A DNA stretch of 64,000 nt from Treponemataceae bacterium. Lineage in GTDB: Bacteria > Spirochaetota > Spirochaetia > Treponematales > Treponemataceae. The DNA is taken from NCBI GenBank assembly GCA_024402495.1, contig JAKSTR010000002.1, positions 16,708 to 80,707 on the forward strand. Direction: 5' to 3'. Made by a program: the position numbers and the translations under genes. This document shows positions 55,777 through 64,000 of this stretch, in pieces. The notes beneath the pieces are model-generated. The model did no database searches, was not told the DNA's origin, and was given only the letters and a program-made list of their open reading frames with translations. Numbering within the stretch: the stretch's first letter is position 1; the number at the start of each line of letters is the position of its first letter.

Positions 55777-56139
55777 TTACCAAATGTCGATTCTACTTGT
55801 TGAAAAACAAATATTCATATTTTCAACTATATCCCCTGGAATTTGAATTTCATCAATATGAATAATCATTCCAAATACATTAACAAAACCCTCACTTCGG
55901 TTAATAAGCTTTCCATGTATTTCATATTCAAAAATTTTTTCTTTTTTTATTATCTGTGAATCGTTTTCAGAAATCAGAACATTTTTTGTATCTAAACATT
56001 CCAATATATTATCTATTTCAGAGTTTAATTTTACAACGCATGGACATGAAAAGCATTTTATTGTTTGACCTTCATTTTTCAAAGTAACTATTGCTTCTTT
56101 TGCTTCTTCATCTATCCATTCAATTTGTTCCACTAACAT
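55777..56139 (-). CDS. hypothetical cytoplasmic protein in the AT-rich islet (immunity-protein-like context)
   Basis: 120-aa ORF. SD GAGGA (rc of 56144-56148), 4 nt upstream of the ATG. Starts 8 nt after the stop of the open frame 56363-56148. Confidence 0.6.
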   Translation of the reverse strand: MLVEQIEWIDEEAKEAIVTLKNEGQTIKCFSCPCVVKLNSEIDNILECLDTKNVLISENDSQIIKKEKIFEYEIHGKLINRSEGFVNVFGMIIHIDEIQIPGDIVENMNICFSTSRIDIW

Positions 56140-56147
56140 ACTATCCT

Positions 56148-56363
56148 CTAAAGTTCAAATCCTAAACTGGGGGCTTTATTTACTAGCTCTTTAACAGATT
56201 TAATATGAAAAGTTGTTATATCACCTGTTGCACGATCAATTCCAACAGTGATAAAAAATCCTCCTGGAAGAAGTATATTTTCAGTTGCCGAGAGCCTGAC
56301 TTGCAAGGCTTGCCAAATCGGTGCCGCCGTTGTCGGTTTTTTCTGTATTGGCGCGGGGATGAT
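56148..56363 (-). other. ATG-less open frame overlapping the uvrC 3' end, possible gene remnant
   Basis: 71 codons are open between stops. The tail reads NILLPGGFFITVGIDRATGDITTFHIKSVKELVNKAPSLGFEL, stop at 56150-56148. No ATG; only TTG at 56306. Confidence 0.2.
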
Positions 56364-58206
56364 TCATCGTTAAAACCTGTTTTTCCTGCCGTTCTTTATG
56401 CAGGGCTTTTGCGCTGGCTAAAATTTCTTCTGCCTGTTCCGGGCTGCAGCCGGCAACGCTGTAAATTTCTTCCGGTTCTGCGGCAACCAGATTCCCCAGA
56501 TTCGTATATTTTTCCAGCAGCTTTTTGGCTCGTACCTTTCCCACGTTCGGCAGTTCTTCAAAAATAAGGGTCGTATTTTCTTTTGTTCGCAGCGCCTGAT
56601 TGCGGCTGGTTGCAAAACGGTGGGTTTCGTCGCGCACGCGCTGCAAAAGCCGCAGTGCATCGCTTCGGCGCGGCAAATGCAGCGGAGTAGAGCAGTGTGG
56701 CTTGTAAATTTCTTCGTCGCGTTTGGCAAGACCTGCAATCGGAATATCAAGCCCCAGTTCGTCCAGCACGCCCTGCACCGCGTTTACCTGTCCTATGCCG
56801 CCGTCTATCAAAATCAAATCCGGCATTTCGGCGTGTTCGCGCAAAAGGCGACTGTACCGGCGCATGGTTGCTTCCTGCATGGAAGCAAAGTCGTCAATAA
56901 TGCCGTCAGTGGTTTTAAGGCGGAAAATGCGGTAATTCTTTTTATCCGGATTTCCGTTGTAAAAGCTTATCAGGCTTGCAACCGGAAATTTGCCGCCGAT
57001 ATGGGCAATATCAAAACCTTCAATGCGAACCGGCAGACCGGGCAGACCGAGAACCTTCATCAGTTCTTCCATAGCCGGAATGTCGCCGCGTTCGCGCATT
57101 CTGCGGATAATGTCTTCCTTTGCGTTTTGCCGTGCCATTTCCAGCGCGGCAAGATGGCGCTTTGCACTGGGCATATCCTGGGTAACGGTTGAAATGTCAG
57201 GCTGAATGCCCAGAGTCTGTTCAAAAAACTGCCGGGTCAGTTCCAGACCTTCGCTGCTGCTTACAAAAATATGCGGCGGAATCTGGTCTTTTTCGGTGTA
57301 GTAGGCGCGAAGGAATTCGGGAATGGTTTCGTTTTCGTCGTTCAGCGTTTTGCTGCGGAAAACGTCCCGGGCAATAAGCTTGCCGCCGCGCATTTTTAGA
57401 ACGGTAAAGCTTACCAGCGGGCCTTCGGAATGGCTTGCAATATAGTCGCGGGCTTCGGGGTCAAAGTCTTCTACCGCGTTCTGTTCGCGCAGGGTGCGTA
57501 TTGCCGCAATGCCGTCGCGCAGGCGTGCCGCTTTTTCAAAATGAAGCTCCGCGGCAGCATTTTTCATTTCTTTTTCAAGTTTTTTAATTGCTTCGTCGTC
57601 TTCGCCCTCAAGTAAGCGTGTAATTTCTTCGATAAATTGAGTATAGTCTGCTTGGTTAATTTTGCCGCAGCATGGTGCCGCGCACTGGTTTATATGATAG
57701 TACATGCACGGCGTTTTGCGTTTCTGCAAAGTTTTGCAGTGGCGAATTTTATAATGCTTGTAAAGACTTTCTATAAAAGTGTCCAAAGCGGCAACGTTCG
57801 GGTACGGGCCGAAATATTGCGAGCCGTCCTGAACAATGCGCCGGGTTTTGTACACTTTGGGAAATTTTTCGTTGGTTATGCGCAGAACCGGATAGGATTT
57901 GCCGTCTTTAAGGCAGATGTTGTATCGCGGCGTGTGCTGCTTAATCAGGGTGTTTTCAAGCAGAAGGGCTTCGTATTCGTTGGATGTAGTAATATATTCA
58001 ATTGAACGTGCCCGGGAAACCAGTATTCTGGTTTTTATGTCTTTGTTGGCTGCAAAATACGATGTAAGGCGGTTTTTAAGGTTCTTTGCCTTGCCCACGT
58101 AGATGATTGTAGATTCTGCGTCGCGCCAAAGATACACGCCGCTTGATTTTGGAGCTTTTAATGCTGTTTCATGTAATTGCTGGCGATAATTTTCTGCTTC
58201 GTTCAT
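56281..58206 (-). CDS. uvrC: excinuclease ABC subunit C
   Basis: GIY-YIG N-terminus GVYLWRDAESTIIYVGKAKNLKNRLTSYF and a C-terminal (HhH)2. ATG 58206 is preferred over TTG 58218. Confidence 0.93.
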   Translation of the reverse strand: MNEAENYRQQLHETALKAPKSSGVYLWRDAESTIIYVGKAKNLKNRLTSYFAANKDIKTRILVSRARSIEYITTSNEYEALLLENTLIKQHTPRYNICLKDGKSYPVLRITNEKFPKVYKTRRIVQDGSQYFGPYPNVAALDTFIESLYKHYKIRHCKTLQKRKTPCMYYHINQCAAPCCGKINQADYTQFIEEITRLLEGEDDEAIKKLEKEMKNAAAELHFEKAARLRDGIAAIRTLREQNAVEDFDPEARDYIASHSEGPLVSFTVLKMRGGKLIARDVFRSKTLNDENETIPEFLRAYYTEKDQIPPHIFVSSSEGLELTRQFFEQTLGIQPDISTVTQDMPSAKRHLAALEMARQNAKEDIIRRMRERGDIPAMEELMKVLGLPGLPVRIEGFDIAHIGGKFPVASLISFYNGNPDKKNYRIFRLKTTDGIIDDFASMQEATMRRYSRLLREHAEMPDLILIDGGIGQVNAVQGVLDELGLDIPIAGLAKRDEEIYKPHCSTPLHLPRRSDALRLLQRVRDETHRFATSRNQALRTKENTTLIFEELPNVGKVRAKKLLEKYTNLGNLVAAEPEEIYSVAGCSPEQAEEILASAKALHKERQEKQVLTMNHPRANTEKTDNGGTDLASLASQALGN

Positions 58207-58290
58207 GATGATTAACAAGGTTTAGCCGCGGCTGACTGCAAAAATGCTTGCAAGTTTGCCCAAAATGGCTCTAAAATTCCTTTATATTAT

Positions 58291-59796
58291 ATGGTAAAAA
58301 AAATGCTTAGAAAACAAATACCTTTTTTTGTTGCAATTTGTCTACTGGTTAGCTGTGCCTTTGGTGCTGGTGCCCAAACACAGCAAATCGTGCTTGGCGG
58401 TAAATCGGGCTGGAACAATGTTTCGGTCATGGATTCGGTTGTTCTGGGCGGCGGGCGTTTCGGTTACGACGCTTTGGTTCTTGCAAGCGATTCCAGCACT
58501 GTCGGCGAACACACCGACGCGCTGATTTCATTTGAAGACAACCAGTTTGTTGACCAGACCGGGCACTACGCGGTTACCCTGGCAAACATGGACTTTACGG
58601 ATCTTGCGATTATGGGTAAGGGCGCAGGCGTAAACCGCGGCGTGCTTAATTCGGGCATTAAGCTGAACGGCGATGCTTCTTCAATTTTTGGCAAAAGCGG
58701 TTTGACCGGTTCTTTTTTAATTGAATTCTGGCTTTATCCTTCTCTTGTAGAAAACGGCGAAACAATTTTCAACTGGCGTTCATCGCGCAACGTGGCAAGC
58801 TATCCGCTTTATCAGGTTATCCGCGCAGATATTTACAACAACCGCGTTGAATGGGTTTTTGACAACGTATTCGGTGCCGGTACAGAAGTTTTAAGCGAAA
58901 TCGTCCTGATGAGTGCCGATACAATCATTCCGCGCCAGTGGTCGCATCACAGTCTTTCCTACGATGACGAAACCGGGCTTCTGGAATACCGCATTGACGG
59001 ACATATTCAGGCTTTAAAATATGTTACGTCCAGCGGGCGCGAAAACGGCGAAGTGCGCAATGCAATTCTTGGCGTGCCTGCCGGTATTGAACTCTGTTCC
59101 AAATTCAACGGCTGCATTGACGATTTTTCTATTACGCGCCAGCCGTACAGCGAAACACGCAAGCATCTGTACAAGCCTCAGGGCGGCAGGTACGAAAGCA
59201 ACCCGCTGGAAACTACCGGCTATAATTCAAGCCTGACCAGCCTTGACGCAATTTACAGCGAACCTTCCCAGACGGACGTGGCTTTTTATGTAAGAAGCGG
59301 CGACAATTTTTACGAATGGAACGACAATTACCCGGAATGGACGCCTGTTTTGCCGGGCGAACGGATTCGCAATATAAGCGGAAAATATTTTCAGGTTGCG
59401 GCGGAATTGTACCCGGACGGCGATCTGGCAACTTCGCCTTCCGTAAGCCAGATTACGCTGAATTATAACGAAACTGTGCCGCCGCTGCCGCCAGCCAGCG
59501 TAAAGGCAAAACCGGGCAACGGCTACGTAGATTTGTCATGGTCTGCTTCGGTTGATTTTTCTGTTGGCGGCTACTTGATTTACTACGGTGTTCGTCCCGG
59601 CGAATATCTGGGCACTGTAGCAGTTGAAGGTGCTTCGCCGATTGATGTTGGCGACGTACTTTCTTTCAGATTAAACGGATTGCAAAATGGTAGAATATAT
59701 TACTTTACTGTGGTGGCATATTCTGGCTTAGATACCCGTATCATTGGGGCTTTGTCAAAAGAAGTTTATGCGCGGCCACTAAGGAAGACAAAATGA
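58291..59796 (+). CDS. secreted LamG (concanavalin-like lectin) + fibronectin-III domain protein
   Basis: Signal peptide. LamG-like FLIEFWLYP ... WSHHSLSYDDETGLLEYRIDG. The FN3-like C-terminus is YVDLSWSAS ... YYFTVVAYS. Confidence 0.75.
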   Translation: MVKKMLRKQIPFFVAICLLVSCAFGAGAQTQQIVLGGKSGWNNVSVMDSVVLGGGRFGYDALVLASDSSTVGEHTDALISFEDNQFVDQTGHYAVTLANMDFTDLAIMGKGAGVNRGVLNSGIKLNGDASSIFGKSGLTGSFLIEFWLYPSLVENGETIFNWRSSRNVASYPLYQVIRADIYNNRVEWVFDNVFGAGTEVLSEIVLMSADTIIPRQWSHHSLSYDDETGLLEYRIDGHIQALKYVTSSGRENGEVRNAILGVPAGIELCSKFNGCIDDFSITRQPYSETRKHLYKPQGGRYESNPLETTGYNSSLTSLDAIYSEPSQTDVAFYVRSGDNFYEWNDNYPEWTPVLPGERIRNISGKYFQVAAELYPDGDLATSPSVSQITLNYNETVPPLPPASVKAKPGNGYVDLSWSASVDFSVGGYLIYYGVRPGEYLGTVAVEGASPIDVGDVLSFRLNGLQNGRIYYFTVVAYSGLDTRIIGALSKEVYARPLRKTK

Positions 59797-62700
59797 GCGA
59801 ACTGACTTTTGATGTGCAAATTGAACGTGCTTCTGCCGCTTGCATTTCCCACGATTACGATTTGGCAACAAAAATTCTTGAAAACTGCTTGAAATCTGAC
59901 CCGGAAAACATACGGGTTTTAAGCGAGCTGGGAAGGGTTTATGTTTGTGCCGGAAACGATAATCAGGCGCTTAAATATTACGGCCGTGTTTACGAACTTG
60001 ACGGCCAGAACTTTAACGCGATGAACAATCTGGGAAGTATTTTCCGGCGTTTGAATAAAAACGAACAGTCTGTAGATATTCTTAACAAGGCTTTTGCGGT
60101 TGCGCCAAAGCCTGTTCTTGTTCACTATAACCTTGGGCAAACTTACAAGGCAATGAACCGCTACGAAGATGCCATTACCGAATTCCAGGCAGTTCTGGAC
60201 GAAACGCCGCAGGATGTTCTTGCGCACAACCATCTGGGCTGCATTTATGCCGCAATGGGCGACCACGAATCTGCCCTTAATATGTTCGGCCGCGCCCTTC
60301 TAATCGACGAAAACCATCCGATTTTACATTTCAATGCTGCCGTAAGTTACGAAGCCATAGGCAGATACAACGACGCAGCCGAAGCCTACGAAAATGCCCT
60401 GCGCAAAAAACCGGGCTGGTCAGAAGCCATGCAAAGCTATGCCGAACTTTTGCAGCACATGGGCAAAAACGATCAGGCAGAAACCTTGCTTCGTCAGGCA
60501 ATAAACCGCACTTACAAAAATCCTGACTTGCATTCTTCACTTGGCGATTTGCTTTTTGAGCGCGAAAGGGTTGACGATGCCGACGGCGAGTACAACGTTG
60601 CTCTTTCCATTAACAAAGACCACATAAAGGCAATTGGCGGCAAGGTTAACGTTCTGGAGAAAAAGGGCAGAAGCGACGAAGCCTACGACCTTTTGATGAA
60701 AATGGAACAGCTTGTGCCGGAAGACGCAACAGTTTCCATGCGCTGCGCGGAACTTTTGATGAACATGAAGAATTATGACGAAGCTTCCAAGCGCCTGCAA
60801 AATGTTCTGCAAAAACAGCCTGAAAACCCGGATGCGCAGTGCCTTATGGGCGAATACCTGCTTGCAAAAGGCGATGAAACCAGCGCCCACCAGTATTTTG
60901 AAAAAGCAATTAAAGCAAAACCCGAAAATATTTCGCACCGTTTCAGCGCCGCAAAGCGCCTTTACGATTTGGGCAATTACGAAGCTGCCGAAGTGCAGAT
61001 GCGCCATTATCTTGCGGCGCGCCCCGGCGATGTTTCGGCATGGCTGTATTTAAGCACTTTGTACATTGAACTTGGCGAAAGCGAAAATGCGGTAAAAGTC
61101 TTGAAAAAAGTTCAGACACTTGACCCGTCTAATTCTGAACTGCTTAATGCGGCAAACCGTCTTAAAAATGCTTTTTCCGGCGACAGCATGGTAGAAGACT
61201 TCGTTCAAAGCCTTTTGGGTAAAACTCAGGGCAATTCCAGCGATCTTGAAAAGCTTAGCAGCGCAATCAGCGCCTACGAACAGTCTGTAGAAAACCTGCC
61301 GGAAGAAACCAGCGACGATTTTGAAAAGAACCTGCGTCTTTTGGGTCAGACCGGCGAAGCTTACGAAAGCTATGACGCGCCTATAGAATCTCCGGTAACG
61401 GAATACATGGACGAAGACCTTGACCTTACCGCCGGTTATGATGAAATGACGCTTTCAGATCCGGCAGACAGACCGGCAAGCATTGACGATATGGCAGAAG
61501 ACGATTTTTCAGAATTTTCTGCAATTGAAGGCGATTTTGAAGATGATCCGGCTTTTGCAGATGACGGTTTTGACAGTCTGCGCGATTCTTCCGCCGATGA
61601 CGATATGCCGATTGATTTTGACGTTACCGAAGAAGACTTTAACAAAACTGACGATGACGGTTTTGAATCTTTGGTTTTGGGCGAAGGCGACGATGTGCCG
61701 ATTGACATTGATCCGGCGGAAAACAAAAAGCCTTTTGACCCGGAAAGAGCCGTTGGCGGCAGGGGCGGCGATAACGACGATTTTGAAGAAGAAGAAGTTT
61801 ACGATTTAGACCGGAATCAGGTTGTTCCGCCTAACCAGAACCAGCCGCCGTATACGCCGCCGCAGCCGGATTACCCGGCACAGCCTCAGCAGCCGCAGAC
61901 ACCGCCGCCTGTTCCGCAGTACCAGCCGCCGCCACAGCCGCAGGTTATTTATCAGCAGATTCCGGTTCCGCAATACCGCCCGGATCCGCTTGCAAATATT
62001 CCAATGCCGCCAATGCCAAAACCGGCACCAAACCCGGAACTGGAAAATTTGCGCCTTGATGCCGAATTGAACCAGAAGCTTGACGAGCAGATGATGAAAC
62101 TTGCGGCGGAAGCACAGGCAAAAGCCGATTTTGACCACGAAGCAGCAAATGCAAAACGCCGCGAAATGCAGGAAACAATCCGCCGCGCCCTTGAAAAACT
62201 GCGCGAGCAGAGCGAAGAATCGGCAGACCCTAAGCAGGAATCAATTGCCGATATGTTCAGTTATATGCGCGGTCTGTGCAATTATCTGCCGCAGCCCAAA
62301 AAGGCGCTTTTTATGTCAAGCGAAGAACGCGTTCAGCTGGAATACGTTATTAACAAGCTTAAAAACAAGCCGGGGCTGCTGAATGAATCTGCCGCGGTTG
62401 TAAAGGCAGTTGAAGAAACCGGCGAAGATTCTGCCGATTTTGTAAAGCGCCTTGATAATGCCGGCGACCAGAATGCAAAACTGTCTGCTTCCGAAATCAG
62501 CGATGCAATTTTGCACTTGCAGGATATTGCGCTGGCAAACATGCAGGATAAAGATTTGATTTCTGCATTGCAGTCAAAGGTGCGCAAGGTTTTAACCCGC
62601 TGCGACGACGAAAACGTTAACTGGCATGGCGAAAATTCTGCGCCGGATACGCTGCTAGAAAAAACAGAAGAAGCTGCCGCATCCGCAGAAAAAGCAGAAA

Positions 62701-63098
62701 CAGCTGAATCAGACGGCGTGCTTGAACAGACTTTCGAGCAGACAATAGAAGAAACTGTACCAGCCGGCGACGATTTTGCAATGCAGCCAGCCGCCGGAAC
62801 AGAAATTACGGATAATTTTGAAGCAGGCGAAGATGAAAACCTTGCAGAAGAAATTACTGTAACCGAAGGCGCAGAAGAAGGCTTTGAAACTATTTCCGTT
62901 ACGGAAAGCGGTGCAGACCCTTTTGCCGAAACCCAAGAACCGGCTGCAAGCGAAAGTTTTGAACCTGTTATGGAAGAAGAAATACCCGATGCCGGCGTTT
63001 TTGTTACCAGCATGGACGACGACGATTTCAGCATTTCTGATTCTGACGGGGACATTGCAGAAAAAGACAGGGATTTTGACAGGCTTTTGGGCTTGTAA
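59793..63098 (+). CDS. giant TPR-repeat protein with acidic and Pro/Gln-rich C-terminal half
   Basis: 1101 aa with about 14 TPR-like units in the first 470 aa. ATGA overlap with the upstream gene. Confidence 0.85.
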   Translation: MSELTFDVQIERASAACISHDYDLATKILENCLKSDPENIRVLSELGRVYVCAGNDNQALKYYGRVYELDGQNFNAMNNLGSIFRRLNKNEQSVDILNKAFAVAPKPVLVHYNLGQTYKAMNRYEDAITEFQAVLDETPQDVLAHNHLGCIYAAMGDHESALNMFGRALLIDENHPILHFNAAVSYEAIGRYNDAAEAYENALRKKPGWSEAMQSYAELLQHMGKNDQAETLLRQAINRTYKNPDLHSSLGDLLFERERVDDADGEYNVALSINKDHIKAIGGKVNVLEKKGRSDEAYDLLMKMEQLVPEDATVSMRCAELLMNMKNYDEASKRLQNVLQKQPENPDAQCLMGEYLLAKGDETSAHQYFEKAIKAKPENISHRFSAAKRLYDLGNYEAAEVQMRHYLAARPGDVSAWLYLSTLYIELGESENAVKVLKKVQTLDPSNSELLNAANRLKNAFSGDSMVEDFVQSLLGKTQGNSSDLEKLSSAISAYEQSVENLPEETSDDFEKNLRLLGQTGEAYESYDAPIESPVTEYMDEDLDLTAGYDEMTLSDPADRPASIDDMAEDDFSEFSAIEGDFEDDPAFADDGFDSLRDSSADDDMPIDFDVTEEDFNKTDDDGFESLVLGEGDDVPIDIDPAENKKPFDPERAVGGRGGDNDDFEEEEVYDLDRNQVVPPNQNQPPYTPPQPDYPAQPQQPQTPPPVPQYQPPPQPQVIYQQIPVPQYRPDPLANIPMPPMPKPAPNPELENLRLDAELNQKLDEQMMKLAAEAQAKADFDHEAANAKRREMQETIRRALEKLREQSEESADPKQESIADMFSYMRGLCNYLPQPKKALFMSSEERVQLEYVINKLKNKPGLLNESAAVVKAVEETGEDSADFVKRLDNAGDQNAKLSASEISDAILHLQDIALANMQDKDLISALQSKVRKVLTRCDDENVNWHGENSAPDTLLEKTEEAAASAEKAETAESDGVLEQTFEQTIEETVPAGDDFAMQPAAGTEITDNFEAGEDENLAEEITVTEGAEEGFETISVTESGADPFAETQEPAASESFEPVMEEEIPDAGVFVTSMDDDDFSISDSDGDIAEKDRDFDRLLGL

Positions 63099-63128
63099 TA
63101 TTTCTGGCTGAAAATAAAGACAAAAGGA

Positions 63129-63195
63129 CTGCCTGAAAAGCCATGTCATTCTGAACAAGTTTCAGCATGACATATTTTTCAGGCAGCCCTTTTTT
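63129..63195. terminator. long interrupted hairpin terminator between convergent genes
   Basis: CTGCCTGAAAA / TTTTCAGGCAG (11 bp), ATGTCAT / ATGACAT (7 bp) and CTGAA / TTCAG (5 bp), followed by T6 at 63190-63195. Confidence 0.75.
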
Positions 63196-63275
63196 AGTTT
63201 TAAAGACTTTCAGGTTTTTGTTTTTCAATTTGAAAAATAATACGTGCCGCATAAACAGCCAGCGCCCCAAAAAGC

Positions 63276-63689
63276 CTAGTCAAAGCTTACTTTTCCAACA
63301 ATGACCATCATCAAATCGTTCAAAAGGTCAATCGGCAAATCTTCGGCTTCGTAATTTACCAGATCCTTAATTTCTTTCCAGTCTGCCGCGTCTAGCGCTT
63401 CCAGATCCTGGCTTGTTGCATCACCGCTTTCCAGCAGTGCAAGCAGCGCCGTAATTTTGCCCAGATTCTGGTCGCTTGGTTCGTTTGCCGGGTCGCGGCT
63501 TTTGTAAATGTAAGAATCAAGCCAGTATTGCCCGAAAGACTGTGCTAGACCCGGGGCGGCGCGGTTAATTTTTTCAAAATGGTCGCGAATCTGTTCGCAA
63601 ACTTTTATGCCGTCGTAATTCTGGTGCTCGGCACGGTAATGTTTTTTTATGCGCTGGGCATCAGCTAAAAATTTCTGAATGTTATCCAT
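63276..63689 (-). CDS. hypothetical acidic protein
   Basis: 137-aa ORF. TATAAT (63701-63696) lies 6 nt from the ATG. No SD. Confidence 0.6.
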   Translation of the reverse strand: MDNIQKFLADAQRIKKHYRAEHQNYDGIKVCEQIRDHFEKINRAAPGLAQSFGQYWLDSYIYKSRDPANEPSDQNLGKITALLALLESGDATSQDLEALDAADWKEIKDLVNYEAEDLPIDLLNDLMMVIVGKVSFD

Positions 63690-63859
63690 GCCATGATTAT
63701 AAAAAAAATCTTGATTTGTTTCTATTTGTTTTTTCAGTTTTGCGCCTTCGGGCGCGCCGCCTTTGCAAATTCAGTCTGGCAGAAAGCAAACCTAAAAAAT
63801 ATAGTAAAAATGAAAAAATTCTGCTATCAAGATTTGCATTTTGGCTTCATAATAAAAGC

Positions 63860-64000
63860 ATGAAAAATAACAACTTTTTTAAATTTTTTAGCATTGTTTT
63901 TGCTTCGTTTTGTATTTTTGGGCTTGCGGGCTGCGGCAAAAAAGTTGCCGACGGCAGCGACACCCATCTTGCCATAGAAGACGGCAAACCCGTTGTTGAA
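63860..64000 (+). CDS. 5' part of a lipoprotein gene; runs off the right edge
   Basis: MKNNNFFKFFSIVFASFCIFGLAGCGKK with lipobox LAGC. CATAAT (63848-63853) lies 6 nt from the ATG. Confidence 0.65.
   Translation, partial: MKNNNFFKFFSIVFASFCIFGLAGCGKKVADGSDTHLAIEDGKPVVE

Overview
This 64-kb chromosomal segment carries about 46 protein-coding genes on both strands. I recognised no rRNA, tRNA, CRISPR array, transposase, integrase or phage genes. The gene style suggests a Treponema-like spirochaete: a solitary groEL without groES, many lipobox lipoproteins, BspA/LRR_5 repeats, and a sigma-54 activator without a DNA-binding domain. That placement is inference only. No search was run, and all product names come from motifs read in the ORF translations.

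Layout:
- 0.4-21 kb, envelope/division neighbourhood: acyl-CoA ligase, an NlpC/P60-lipoprotein-SlyX-LRR operon, a small lipoprotein, a thioester alpha-2-macroglobulin plus PBP1C, Lgt, a MinD/ParA-like ATPase, an S41 Ctp protease, RsmE and a GT26 transferase.
- 21-27 kb: a sigma-54 activator, a SpoU methyltransferase, a STAS protein, a 580-nt gene-free region, and two coupled 3+3-TM membrane proteins.
- 27.5-43.4 kb, a long minus-strand run: murA, TSCPD, pepT, a Cys-rich protein, GH51, a giant GH13, malQ, EIIA, ArsR, a methyltransferase and groEL.
- 43.6-48.2 kb: fcl, rnhA and a large exported protein.
- 48.3-55 kb: a sugar-uptake locus (beta-helix enzyme, ABC transporter, AraC regulator).
- 55.1-56.3 kb: a markedly AT-rich islet of orphan genes abutting uvrC.
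- 58.3-63.1 kb: a LamG/FN3 protein coupled to a giant TPR protein.

Most interesting observations:
- A cytoplasmic LRR protein carries three copies of an FtsZ C-terminal-peptide-like motif (D-x-[DE]-[IV]-PA-[CY]-LR).
- A perfect TTGACA/TATAAT promoter has a 19-nt spacer that contains a G9 tract, in front of a lipoprotein gene. This is a phase-variation design.
- The AT-rich islet has a toxin-tail-like open frame followed by small orphan genes.
- A sigma-54 promoter sits in front of the activator that lacks a DNA-binding domain.
- DnaA-box-like TTTTCCACA repeats lie beside an AT-rich stretch.
- In at least seven genes a -10 box sits 6-7 nt from the ATG with no Shine-Dalgarno (SD), which suggests leaderless mRNAs.
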